Shown: piece after piece, positions 1-13,785 of the stretch
Position numbering within the stretch: position 1 is the first letter of the stretch
Layout: each line of letters begins with the position of its first letter
Source of the DNA: the human T2T-CHM13v2.0 reference genome, Homo sapiens
NCBI RefSeq assembly: GCF_009914755.1
Contig: NC_060927.1
Reading direction: 5' to 3' (one strand)
DNA length: 64,000 nt
Position numbers and translations under genes: made by a program
The notes under the pieces: model-generated
Told to the model about the DNA's origin: nothing
The model's input: only the letters and a program-made list of their open reading frames with translations
Database searches by the model: none

Positions 1-1087
1 GGGAGAGAGTTGTGCTTTTGGCTCCTGAGGGTACCCCAGGCCCAGAAGATACCACCCATTTGGCGCAGAATTTTGAATTGGCAAGGAGCCCTGCTCATGT
101 CCTTCCAACACTTTCAGTCTCTTAGGAAGTCAGTTCATGCTGACTTGAATGAGTCACTTGCATAGTCTAGAAATGTTCATTATTTTTATGGAAGCTTTGG
201 GTAGAGGCTTTTAGCTACAGGCATGGGAGATGACTATGAAGAGAGTAGGACGAGAGGACTTGGTGGTTCTGGAAGCAGCTGGAGGAGCTGGCTCTCTGCT
301 CTACATTCCAGTGGTGACCTGGGAGGGAGGGTAAGTGGAAGTGGACAGGGCAGCAATACCAATGAAGTTGGCAGGCCAGAGCCAGGGCCAGTGCCAGGAC
401 CATGTAGCGGCCTGACTACAGTCACTAACTTATGAGTGGGGGAAGAAAAAACATTAAGGAAATGGCTATGATAAGGGCTCCAGCATGTGAGCTGGCTCTT
501 CAGCTTGGCATTAGAGGTCTCTAGGAAAGCATATGGGGTTCTGTTTTCCCCTAGGAAGTTTAGGGTAACAATCCAAAAAGATTCTCTGTGCATTAAACAG
601 TTGTCTGTTTGATCTGGTTTTGCCTGGGAGCTGGTCCCCTGCTGGGATACCTGGGGTATTTCCTTCCCCATCATTTTCGGATCTTCATGTGAGGTGTTAG
701 AAATAGTATTTAGGGAAATGGGTTGAAAATGAATGGCCTCAGCAGGGAGGAGGAAGAGGTGTTTCTTTTACCTTACTATGGGTAGAGTAGGGGGAGGGAG
801 TTGGGATGAATTTTTATGAAATCCTAGAACCTTTCCATGGGGTGGGTTTTTTTGTGGGGTTGGAGAACGACAAATGAGAGTGAGACAAACGAATTACAAG
901 TAATAGTGTGTAGGTTATCATAGACTGTCCTGGCGGTCTTGGGGTAGCAGAAGAAAGAGAACTGGTAGAGCATTGAATAGGGATAGGAGTGTTCTGGTTG
1001 TAATTGTTTTTTTGTGTTAGTGGGAAGAAGGGATGGGACCAACCAGACTGATTTGGGAATGGGTTAGATTTGTAATAGGGCAGGTAA

Positions 1088-1589
<502 letters not shown>

Positions 1590-1982
1590 CTAAAGTTTTG
1601 CCATTCTTGTCTCTCATCTGTCTGTGCTGGGAACCCATCATTCTCTGGTTCTATTGGTGTATCGTGTCCTAGGTGCTGGCACTTTCATGTGCTATAAAGT
1701 GTTTCATTTGATTATTAAATTTAACCCAGCTCAATATGTCAGTAAGTTAGTTTCCACTTAACATTCCCTTGACTGCATGCTGGAATTTGTAGTATGAATG
1801 AACTACTTCTCTTCCATGCAGAAACTGACAGCATTTGAGATTTGGACAACATTTTTGAGCTTTGTGCATTTGTTGATTCCTTCTCTAGGAAAACTATTCT
1901 GTCCGTGAAGGGAGAGAGGGACATGGGAAGATGTCTAAATTGGTCACCTCCACTAAGAACTTTGGTTTTCTACTCAGAACTC

Positions 1983-2241
1983 TTTTTTTTTTTTGAGATG
2001 GAGTCTCACTCTGTTGCCCAGGCTGGAGTGCAGTGGCGCGATCTTGGCTCACTGCAACCTCCATCTCCCGGGTTCAAGACTACAGGCGCTTGCCACCACA
2101 CTCGGCTAATTTTTCATATTTTTAGTAAAGGCAGGGTTTCACCGTGTTGGCCAGGATGGCCTTGATCTCCTGACCTTGTGATCCGCCTGCCTTGGCCTCC
2201 CAAAGTGCTGGGATTACAGGCGTGAGCCACCGCGCCCGGCC
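1983..2241 (-). mobile_element. Alu (Sc/Y-like) with internal deletion in the right arm
   Basis: ggttcaag joins directly to actacagg. Confidence 0.92.
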
Positions 2242-2389
2242 TCAAAACTCTGTTACTCCTTAAGGACTTGTATGTCTTTCCCAGTAAACAGAATCACTAA
2301 ATGACATATAGGACAGTGTACCACACTGGAGAGAGTATGGACCCTAGAGTGAGGTCAGACTAGGGTGTTTCTTCTCCTGCCCACAGGGC

Positions 2390-2520
2390 GTGTAACCACT
2401 GATAACTCACCTGGCTTCTCTGAGCCTCAGTTTCCTCATCTCTAAAACAGAAAAGATAATACCTACCTTACAGAGTTGTGTGAATGTTACAAAAGGTAAA
2501 GTACACGAGGTTCCTAGCAC
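2390..2520 (+). mobile_element. MIR
   Basis: ctctgagcctcagtttcctcatct core. Confidence 0.85.
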
Positions 2521-3218
2521 ATTGCCTTTCATTCTGCTGCTTTGGAATGCCTTTGGTGACCCTGGGGTATTTGTGGCAGTGTTTGGGTTTCTGGGTTCCT
2601 GGCTCCTCTACCTCCGTGGTAGCCTTTCCTTCCTCAGGGGTCGGGGAGAGGAAGAAGCTTCCACTAGTTTTCCTACAGGAACCTCTGGAGGTAGCAGGTT
2701 GATTTTTGCAGTGGAATTTGTGTTTTTGTGCAACACAAACCTTTTCCTGAGCACCAAGGCAGCACTTATTTGCAAAGCCCCATAAGCCTGACTCCTTTTT
2801 AGAGATCCCCTAGCAGAGTTTATGGTGGTCACACAGAGCTGCTTTTTAGATGCATTTGCGGGAACTGGGAAATGAGCCTTCAACTTGTACTTGACTTGTA
2901 CTTGTTCTCCTGCTGTGTGAGCTCAAGGAGCCTGACTCATGCCACTTCCTGCACTTCCTCCTGACCTCCACAGGAGGGAGGCAGGCGTCCATGCCTGGCA
3001 AAGCCTCCTGCTGAGCTGCCAAAGCTCTAGCTGTTTGCTCAGCTGTCACATCCAGGTCCTGTCTTTACTGAACTGTCTACACAGCCTTACCTGGGGTGTG
3101 AGGCTCTCCAAGGCTTCCTGTTAGCTTTTTTGTTTGGGGTGGCAGGGTGAGGGGGATCTATTGCCACCCTCGAAGAACATCTTTCCCTTGCTTTTTAGGG
3201 AGCTTTTCGGCGCTCCCA

Positions 3219-3224
3219 TTTATT
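3219..3224 (-). terminator. Candidate THPO polyadenylation signal AATAAA
   Basis: tttatt on + strand about 540 nt past the stop; variant AATAAG at 3280-3285. Confidence 0.65.
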
Positions 3225-3765
3225 CCTTATACAGGCTCAGTTTTGTCTAGTGTATAGGGACAGCATTTCTGAGAGAAAGCTTATTCATTTCTCAAGAGTA
3301 AAGATCTGTTAAGAATATGGGATCAGAGTCCCACTGAGAATGATAGTAAAGGGGATGGGGGCGTTGGAAGGCCTTGAATTTGAAGCAAAGGAAATTACCC
3401 TTTCTCTGTTTTCTGACTCAAGGTTAGTCTCTCCCTCTGTTCAACTGCCAGGCCAGCCCAGGCCTTTGCAGAGTTATCACAGAAAAAGAGCATGTAGAGA
3501 ATCAGTGAGTTGCAAATTTCTGCAGAAAATAGACCAAAGAGCTAGCTGCTCTGATGAGTATTGCTGATAGCTTAAAAAAATAGCTTCTGAAGGTTTATAA
3601 TGTACAGTGAAAAATGATTCCCTTTTCAGTCCTGTGTATCCCTTTTACCAGGGCTTTGGGTTTCAGGAGAAAGTAGGAAATCTTGTCCAGTTGTCTCCCA
3701 GGGGCGCCCTGCAGGGAAGGGAGCTGTACACGAGACAATGCTGATGTCGGCAGTGTCTGAGAACC

Positions 3766-4476
<711 letters not shown>

Positions 4477-4667
4477 TCAGGCCTCCCTTGTCTAAGTAGG
4501 AAAGACAGGATGCCAGTACCCAGGCATTGTGGCTGGCAGGGAGCACTCTTAGTAGATCAGCTCTTCTGCCCTTGAGCTCCCTGGAAGAGCCCTTCTTCCC
4601 TCAGGTCTTCTAGTGGGACTGAGTCAGAAAAGAACAGTTTCTACAGATCCCTTGACTGGGGACTTAC

Positions 4668-4835
4668 CTGGGTTCCAAGGAGGCTCTGCAGGGCCCCAAG
4701 GAGGAGACGGACCTGTCCAGAAAGCTGCCCCAGGAGGGATGAGAGGCAAGTGGGTCCCAGTTGTCCCCGTGCTGCCATCACTCCCTCCAGCAGAAGGGTC
4801 ACTGCTCCCAGAATGTCCTGTGCCTTGGTCTCCTC
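4668..4835 (-). CDS. THPO: Thrombopoietin coding exon 4 ([10 protein letters not shown]...LLGTQ)
   Basis: ctcag|GAG acceptor, CAG|gtaagt donor; 168 nt. Confidence 0.99.
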
Positions 4836-5176
4836 CTGAGAAAGAGATGGAAGAGAGAAGCGCACTGCCTCAAAGGGCACACTAAAAGCGGGTGGGGAGC
4901 CTTAGGAGTAGCCAGCAGAGTGAATCATACAGGCTGAGAACTGGACAGGACCAAGGTCCCACCCAGGGCAGGAATTCCTTCACAGTCTCCCGACAGCTGG
5001 TCATCAGCCTCTGCTTCAAAAACTCCCGTGTCCTCTAGTCCAGCCTGGTCTTACACTTGGTTTCAGTGAGAAGAGCTCCTTTTTTCTTACGTTGCTGAAA
5101 TCTGCCCTGTTACAGCTTTTACCTCTTGGTTCTAGTGCTGCAAATTTACTCTTTCTGCTGCAAAACCTTAGGATCA

Positions 5177-5651
<475 letters not shown>

Positions 5652-6041
5652 CTATTGCCCATAAAACATGCTTCTAGTCTCTTTCTGTTCAGGCTGCTGC
5701 TTTCTAGACACATGTTAGTTTAATATGGTCCCTCTTAATAAATTAGCATATGTCTTCAGGGGGATGTCCGGTGTTCAGGCCAGTATATTTAAGTGTAGTC
5801 CACTCGGAATAGAGTTCTGTACGAGCATTTCCACAATGGGGATGCTAAACATCAAACAGACAAGAATTACTAGCTTTAAGAATAGCAGCTTCAGTAATGT
5901 TACATGGTAAGTTTGGGGGCAATTTAATTCTCTCAGATCCTTTTCGTAGGAAGTGCTAGGGCCAGAGGCTTAAATGATGGAAGCAGGGCATTGTGGCCTG
6001 AAAGCTGGAATAGGACTTTACTCATTAATTTACACATGTAG

Positions 6042-6380
<339 letters not shown>

Positions 6381-6623
6381 TAGTCTTTCAGTGATTTGAA
6401 TCTTGATTCAGTCTTTTGTTATTTTAGTGGTACTTCCCAGCTTTGTGTCATCTGTGGATGACATATGAGTCTTGCTTCTTCATGCCAATTTAAGAAGACT
6501 GAACGGGAATAGGTCAAAGGCATGGCCATGAGCGATTTCTCTCCAGCTTTTCATGGTGTTCAGCTTCAAATCTATTCACATATTGGACCTGCAAGCCATC
6601 ATCTTATCCACAGGCTATCATCA

Positions 6624-6902
<279 letters not shown>

Positions 6903-7140
6903 CTATGGTAGCCTAATAAGCAGGCTAGTCCTCCATGAGTACTATCTCTAGACGAGAGCTTTTAAATGCGGGCTGTATTGTGAAGAATAATTCTTGTCAG
7001 AGAGTGTGATCAGTAGGTGGGGACAATATGGGAAGAATAGTCATTGGGTCAAGGAGTTAGAGGAAGTGATGGTGTCTTCCTGGGAGTATGGGTGTCTTAC
7101 CAGTTACGCGGATAAAGGGGATAATGTTGGGAGTTCTCAC

Positions 7141-7268
7141 CAGTCTGCTGTGAAGGACATGGGAGTCACGAAGCAGTTTACTGAGGACTCGGAGGTCACA
7201 AGCAGGAGGAGCCGGGCTGGACAGCGTTAGCCTTGCAGTTAGGAGAAGCATGACCACGAGGAGCAATT
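7141..7268 (-). CDS. THPO: Thrombopoietin coding exon 2 (signal peptide plus [26 protein letters not shown])
   Basis: ctaag|AA acceptor, CTG|gtgaga donor; 128 nt. Confidence 0.99.
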
Positions 7269-7499
7269 CTTAGATGAGGAGAGGTGAGGTTGAAAGATGA
7301 GGAGGAAATCATTGTCAGCTGGTATTCCAGGAATTCCCATTCAGGACCCAGACCTGAAACCCAGGGAATCCACCCCTCAGACCCCTTATTTTTGGGAGAA
7401 TGGGTTCCCCCAGCTTCCTGCCCCCTGCAGCGTGTCTCCTTTCTCTCTCCCCTTCTGTCATGTTTCCATATGGCCCTAGCCCCTCAGGTGTGTTCTCAC

Positions 7500-7512
7500 C
7501 AGTCAGCTCCAT
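7500..7512 (-). CDS. THPO: Thrombopoietin coding exon 1 (ATG GAG CTG ACT G); whole exon is 7500-7657
   Basis: MELT start; G|gtgaga donor; tttcag|GATAG acceptor at 7658; CDS total 13+128+87+168+666=1062 nt. Confidence 0.97.
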
Positions 7513-7582
7513 TCTGGCCGGGGTGTCTGGCTGGCGTGGCTCCCTGTTTGGGGCCTCTCCCCTGAATCCTTCCTGGGGCCAT
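7500..7582 (-). promoter_or_regulatory. THPO: THPO uORF7 (MAPGRIQGRGPKQGATPARHPGQNGAD*), out of frame and overlapping the main ATG
   Basis: ATG at 7582, 70 nt upstream of the main ATG; stop TG|A formed on splicing; known translational repressor. Confidence 0.9.
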
Positions 7583-7787
7583 GGAGGCGGCTTAGGCTCT
7601 TGCACTTCTGGGCAGAGTAGGGTGGGGCAAAGGCGGGCCAAGGGTGAGGAATCTATCCTGAAAGTAGCAAGAAGAGTGAACATTTAACCAAGTTTCTAGG
7701 AAGAGACTGCCTGGCAGGGTGAACAGATGCTGGGGAGGGCTTGAGATGCTGACCAGCCTGGAACTGCCAAAGCCCTGAATTCTCTCA

Positions 7788-8140
<353 letters not shown>

Positions 8141-9329
8141 GAAAGCATATGGTGTCTCCTTTTTGTCAGGACTCCTCAGTGAATCGGACATGGATTTGGT
8201 GCCACCTACCCCTGCTGAGAGCAGCAGGACATGATATGTATACACACATATCTTAATTAGCCTTAAATTCTGAGCAACCTTGGTTGTTAGGTCAGAGAAA
8301 ATCTGGGATGGGGATAGAGAAGGAAAGTATTGTGGCTTCAGCCTGGAGAAGAGAGTGGAAAATGGGATGCAGGGCCTGGGTGAGGAACTGGCAAACGGGC
8401 GCAATATGTTGAGGGGTAACTTCTGCGGTGGGGAGTGGGGCTGGGGAGGGGAACTGCACAAAGCTGTAACTGGGACCACTAGAGGTCAGGATTAAAAGGC
8501 GGTATGGGAGAAATTAACCTCTATTCTTTCCCTATCTACCCCCACACATAAAGCCACTGGAGCTTTTCTCTGGACTCCAAGTCCTGAAATACTCCATTAT
8601 CTGAGGCCAAGAGATGGGCTAACAGTTCTGGGACTTCCTTCCTGAGACCAGCTGCCCAGGAACGGGCACCTGCTGGGTGATGCCCACCTTAGGGGCTTAC
8701 CTTGTCTTAGGCGCCCACTAACATATCTGTCTCATAGCTCACACCTGCCTCCCTGCCCCCTTGGCAGAACCCCTTCCGGTTCCTTCACAGGACCCCCCAC
8801 ATGGCTTCCTCCTCCTTTCACAAGTTGTGCAAAGAGGCTTGCACCTGATTCAATATTGGGATTTCCTGTAGGTCTGTCAACATGAGTGGGCCCTCCTCCC
8901 ATTACCCTCTCCTTGCGCCCTGGCTTGCCTGGCCCAGCTTCCCCAGCACCAGATTCAGAACCTTAAGCTAACGAGGAATGACCAGCTAAGAATGGGGATT
9001 GGGGCTGTGTCCATCTTACTACTGTGTTTGCTAAGCCCTAAGTGCAGCTCCCTCTCTTATTTTCTCCCTGGGCTCATGTCCCCTTTCCTTAGGGCCAGCC
9101 AGGGCTGTGCTGTATTCCACCAAGTAAGTGATCAGTCCCTCAGAAACCAGCACCCCACCCCCTACCCCTGCTCTGCCCTGCTCCTCCCATTCTGGGAAGG
9201 CTACACTCTTCTCGACAAAGGTCAGTGCCTGTAGGTTCCAGTTTGCCTGCCCCTCCCCCAGCTGGGAGCCCATTTCTCTTTGCTGTCCTTTCTACCCTCA
9301 CATAACCCCACACCCTGCTGGCCACTCAC

Positions 9330-9632
9330 CGGGTGGAGAAGGGCTCCAGGACCCAAGTGCACAGCAGGCAGCCCTCTGGGGAGCAGATGGGTAGGAAGAC
9401 ATGTGGCGGTGGGGCACAGCCCCTCCACAGCAGCAGGTCATACGCCTGCCTGGGCCACTTCTGCCCAATCAGAGAAGGGAGCCACCAGACACTGGTGAAG
9501 GCCCCCGGAAGTGACGCCTTCTCTTCCCTGGAGCCCCTGCCTGGACCAGGGTCCACTCCTCCACCCACACACACCACGGAGAAGATTTGGATAGGGGGAT
9601 CCATCTTTTCCTGGACATGGGCAACCTGGGAC
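9330..9632 (-). other. THPO: THPO 5'UTR exon; proximal-promoter starts lie within it and a long form uses the acceptor at 9633; contains 4 uAUGs (9618, 9604, 9441, 9402)
   Basis: CCG|gtgagt donor at 9329; pyrimidine tract cttctgctcctgtccccctccag acceptor. Confidence 0.85.
9465..9513 (-). promoter_or_regulatory. THPO proximal TATA-less promoter: ETS/GABP site CCGGAAGTG (9505-9513) and CCAAT (9465-9469)
   Basis: Consensus GABPA motif; ETS dependence of this promoter is established. Confidence 0.75.
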
Positions 9633-10845
9633 CTGGAGGGGGACAGGAGCAGAAGTTTTTTTCCAGGAGGAATCTGGCAGGACATTTGTGTTGCTGGGGA
9701 AGAAGCACAGAGGTCTTGTTTAAGATTGGTGGGGTTTTCACTCCCTGGCTATCCAAATTTCTTTTCCCTGGACATCATACCTGCTGCTGAAATCCAACAG
9801 GATGCTTGCTTTCCTGCTTTTCTTTCTGTAATCCCCTAGGGAGTCCTATCTTGTCATTCCCCCTTTCGAAGTGGGAACACGGATATTGCCCACATGAGAG
9901 AAATCTCCTGTTATGGGTTGGTGTTATGGGGAAAGGGTTTGGACGGGTTGAGTGGACTGTCAGGTGCGGGGCACATGTATGTGCGCACACGTGCACTGGG
10001 TTAAGCCTGAGCTTAGGTGCTCGTCTGCTGGGGTCCAGTGGCTTAGATGGCTACACACACAGACCTCTGTGCCCAGGGCCCTCCTTTGCTTGTTCTGTCT
10101 CCGTCTTCCATCTCCTACCGTTCCACATGTGACAAGAGGAATAACCAGGCCCATGTGTCCCTGTCTTAGGAAAGACAGCTGCTGGACCTCCCCCGCAAAT
10201 ACCTCCCTGCTGGCCCCCCTTTTCCTTTGGCCCTGGCTCTAGCTCCTTTGCTTTCTTCCCAGTCCCAGTCTCCCCACAGTCTCTGTCCTCAGGGGCTTCC
10301 TGGCCTGACCTTGATCCCATCATCCCCCTGTCCCCCAGAACTTCCTCAGGCTCTCTCCTGTTCCTCCTCCCCAAGGATGGGCATGTCTGCTGAGAAGTGT
10401 GGCCTAGATCCTGGAATTTTCCCGTCCAGCCAGACGAGATGTCTCCCAAGATTAGGAAGGAGGGTGCTGGGATAGCTGGGAGGATAGTGGGTGTGTGTGG
10501 GAGGGAGAGACAGGAGACAGGGAGGCAGGCATGACCAGGGAACCAAGAGAAAGGAGGCTGGGAGTGGGCTGGAGAGGCAGAGGGTCCCTTGGGTGAAGGA
10601 AGGGGGTGAGAAAGCAAGAGGGGACTGTCGAATGCGCCTGAGGATAAGTTACAATGAGAGGGAGATACTGTCACTCCACAGAAGGGGGAATGCTGCCGGT
10701 TTCTGGCTAGGTCCCTGTCCTGGGTAACACAAGAATGAGGAGCGACCTCAGAGAGAAGGTAGGGAGGCAGGCTAGGCAGTGAGAGAGGGTGGTGAGGGTT
10801 TGGGGGGCGCTGTGGGCCCAGGCAGGGGGAGATCGGCTGATGGAC

Positions 10846-11000
10846 CTTTCCTGTACGTTGTCATCTTTAAAGACAAGTCTTCATCCTTCGGGCGGAACCG
10901 GGTCCTCGCTCACAGAGCGGTCCAGGCCTCAGGCCTAGCCTCTGCCCCTCCCTAGCCTGAGGCTCCCTTCCTGGGCTGGACACCGACCTCCTGGTCCAGC
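10846..11000 (-). other. THPO: Probable THPO distal (P1) first exon with two uAUGs (10884, 10864); boundaries uncertain
   Basis: With these two, the leader totals 7 uAUGs, as known for THPO; donor candidates AAC|gtacag or AAG|gtccat are weak. Confidence 0.5.
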
Positions 11001-11573
11001 CGCCCTGTGGCCGCCAGCAGCGGGGGGCTCCGGGCCCGCCTCTCCTCCCCCTCTTCGCGCCCCCTGGTCCCTCCCCTCCCCCTCCCCCGCTCCCCCTTCC
11101 CCTCCCGCCCCTCCCTCCTCCCCTGCCCGGTCCCAGCCCCTCCCTCCCCTCCCCCACCCGCGATCCGGGCCGCTGCTGCTGGGTCGGACCCCCCGGGCTC
11201 AGCCCGGCCCCTCGCCGAGCTGCCGCCGCCGCCCCGTTTGCTGAGGAGGAGGCCCCCGGCCGGGGCGTCGGGCGCGGGGCATAAAACGGGCCGGAGCCGG
11301 CGCCCGGGGCAGTAGAGCCGCGTACGGCCCGGGTCAGCGCCCGCCCGCCCGCGCTCCTCCCGGCCGCTCCTCCCGCCCCGCCCGGCCCGGCGCCGACTCT
11401 GCGGCCGCCCGACGAGCCCCTCGCGGCACTGCCCCGGCCCCGGCCCCGGCCCCGGCCCCCTCCCGCCGCACCGCCCCCGGCCCGGCCCTCCGCCCTCCGC
11501 ACTCCCGCCTCCCTCCCTCCGCCCGCTCCCGCGCCCTCCTCCCTCCCTCCTCCCCAGCTGTCCCGTTCGCGTC

Positions 11574-11721
11574 ATGCCGAGCCTCCCGGCCCCGCCGGCC
11601 CCGCTGCTGCTCCTCGGGCTGCTGCTGCTCGGCTCCCGGCCGGCCCGCGGCGCCGGCCCAGAGCCCCCCGTGCTGCCCATCCGTTCTGAGAAGGAGCCGC
11701 TGCCCGTTCGGGGAGCGGCAG
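11574..11721 (+). CDS. CHRD: Chordin exon 1 (signal peptide [20 protein letters not shown]...)
   Basis: ATG 11574; G|gtaggt; 148 nt. Confidence 0.98.
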
Positions 11722-11946
11722 GTAGGTGGGCGCCCGGGGGAGGCGCGGGCGGGGAGTCGGGCTCGGGGCGAGTCAGCGCCAGCCCGGAGGGGGCGCGGGG
11801 CGCAGGTGGCTCGGCGCGGCGGGCGGCCCGGAGGGTGGGCGGGGGCAGAAGGGCGCGGTGCCTGGGACCCGGGACCCGCGGGCAGCCCCCGGGGCGGCAC
11901 ACGGCGCGAGCTGGGCAGCGGCCTCCAGCCAAGCCCGTCCCCGCAG

Positions 11947-12050
11947 GCTGCACCTTCGGCGGGAAGGTCTATGCCTTGGACGAGACGTGGCACCCGGACC
12001 TAGGGGAGCCATTCGGGGTGATGCGCTGCGTGCTGTGCGCCTGCGAGGCG
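11947..12050 (+). CDS. CHRD: Chordin exon 2 (VWC/CR1 first half)
   Basis: cgcag|GC...GCG|gtgagt; [16 protein letters not shown]; 104 nt. Confidence 0.98.
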
Positions 12051-12219
12051 GTGAGTGCACCCCGCGGCCGGCCCGGGCCCTGGCGGGTGGGGAGCGCCGG
12101 GTCGCGCGGGCGTTGGAGTGGACTCGGAGCTGCTGAGAAGGAGCCCAGTCGGCAGATGTTGGGGATATTTTTCTGGTGGAGGAAGGGGAATCAGCCCCTC
12201 CAATTCTTAGGTGCTGTTA

Positions 12220-12410
12220 CTGATCGCCCACTCTGTGTGAGGCTCTGTGCCAACTCCGTTTCGTTCCCTGCTCATCTAACTCTCATGGCAGCCTTGCTAG
12301 ATAGAGAGTATTATTATCCCCATTTTCCAGACAGGGACCTTGAGGCCCAGAGAGATGAAGTAGCTTGTCTAGGGTCACGCAGCTTGTAAGTGGCAGAGCT
12401 GGCTGACTCT
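12220..12410 (-). mobile_element. MIR in CHRD intron 2
   Basis: attatccccatttt...gaggcccagagag...ggtcac core. Confidence 0.8.
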
Positions 12411-12489
12411 GCGGGACATCCTTGCCTGGGGGGGTCTCATCAGTTGGCATCTTGCACTCACTTGGGTTTCCCGCCTTTTCCGGGAGCAG

Positions 12490-12619
12490 CCTCAGTGGGG
12501 TCGCCGTACCAGGGGCCCTGGCAGGGTCAGCTGCAAGAACATCAAACCAGAGTGCCCAACCCCGGCCTGTGGGCAGCCGCGCCAGCTGCCGGGACACTGC
12601 TGCCAGACCTGCCCCCAGG
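12490..12619 (+). CDS. CHRD: Chordin exon 3 (CR1 second half)
   Basis: gcag|CCT...G|gtaagt; CCQTCP; 130 nt. Confidence 0.97.
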
Positions 12620-12750
12620 GTAAGTCTTGCTCCGCCCTGCGGGGAGGGAGGCAGGGCCACGATACTAGGTCCCGGGCCACTTGGATGGGGCGTCGGACTG
12701 GCCTTTCCCATGGCCAGCTGAAGCCCGTGTTCTTACCCCCCCGCCCGCAG

Positions 12751-12879
12751 AGCGCAGCAGTTCGGAGCGGCAGCCGAGCGGCCTGTCCTTCGAGTATCCG
12801 CGGGACCCGGAGCATCGCAGTTATAGCGACCGCGGGGAGCCAGGAGCTGAGGAGCGGGCCCGTGGTGACGGCCACACGG
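12751..12879 (+). CDS. CHRD: Chordin exon 4 (contains RSYSDRG, N-terminal tolloid/BMP1 site region)
   Basis: cgcag|AG...G|gtaggg; 129 nt. Confidence 0.97.
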
Positions 12880-12939
12880 GTAGGGGGCTGGCGAACAGCG
12901 GGGTTGTGGTTGAGGCTGGGCCACCAAAGCGGCGTTTGA

Positions 12940-13071
<132 letters not shown>

Positions 13072-13187
13072 TGAGAAAGGGGAAGGAGCAAGGAGGGGTC
13101 AGCTGCCGGGGCCCGGGAGGGAAACTGGGAGAGCTGGGAGGGGCTGCTTTTGGCTCAGTCCGGCCTCACCCGACCTCTCATTCCCAG

Positions 13188-13275
13188 GCTGGACCGCCCT
13201 ACCAGGATCCGCTTCTCAGACTCCAATGGCAGTGTCCTGTTTGAGCACCCTGCAGCCCCCACCCAAGATGGCCTG
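13188..13275 (+). CDS. CHRD: Chordin exon 6
   Basis: cccag|G...CTG|gtgaga; 88 nt. Confidence 0.97.
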
Positions 13276-13289
13276 GTGAGATGATGCCA

Positions 13290-13510
13290 TTTATGAGCAC
13301 TTGCCCAGTCTGGGCACTGTGCCGAGAGCATGCTCTGCATTGCCTCCCGTGGTCCTCACCACAGCCCAGTGGGAGGAAGGCACTGACATTATGATGCCCA
13401 TTTTACAGAAGGGGGAACTGAGGCTCAGTAGGATAATGTGATTTGTTCAAGGTCACACAGCTAGTAAGTGGTGCAGCCAGGATTGGAACCCAAGCATCTG
13501 GCTCCAGCGT
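13290..13510 (-). mobile_element. MIR in CHRD intron 6
   Basis: cccattttacaga...aactgaggctcag...aaggtcacacagctagtaagtgg. Confidence 0.85.
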
Positions 13511-13643
13511 TCTTTCTTAAGCTTCCTAGGGCACCCTGGAGGTTCCTTTCCATGTTCCTTTTTCATAAGCCCTGCCTGGGCATCCTAATTGGCCTAGCCT
13601 GCACAGTGTCTGAGCGTAGGGCCTTCTTGTCTCTCTGCTCCAG

Positions 13644-13785
13644 GTCTGTGGGGTGTGGCGGGCAGTGCCTCGGTTGTCTCTGCGGCTCCTTAGGGCAGAA
13701 CAGCTGCATGTGGCACTTGTGACACTCACTCACCCTTCAGGGGAGGTCTGGGGGCCTCTCATCCGGCACCGGGCCCTGGCTGCAG
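13644..13785 (+). CDS. CHRD: Chordin exon 7
   Basis: tccag|GTC...G|gtaggg; VCGVWR...GEVWG; 142 nt. Confidence 0.97.

Noticed and set aside
1-200. 3' end of the neighbouring gene POLR2H, expected just left of THPO
   Set aside because: No POLR2H coding sequence or clear polyA signal is visible in the window.
10867-11993. Long minus-strand ORFs (211, 333 and 219 aa) over the CpG island
   Set aside because: Gly/Arg/Ala/Pro low-complexity products expected from stop-poor, very GC-rich DNA antisense to CHRD; no domain signal.
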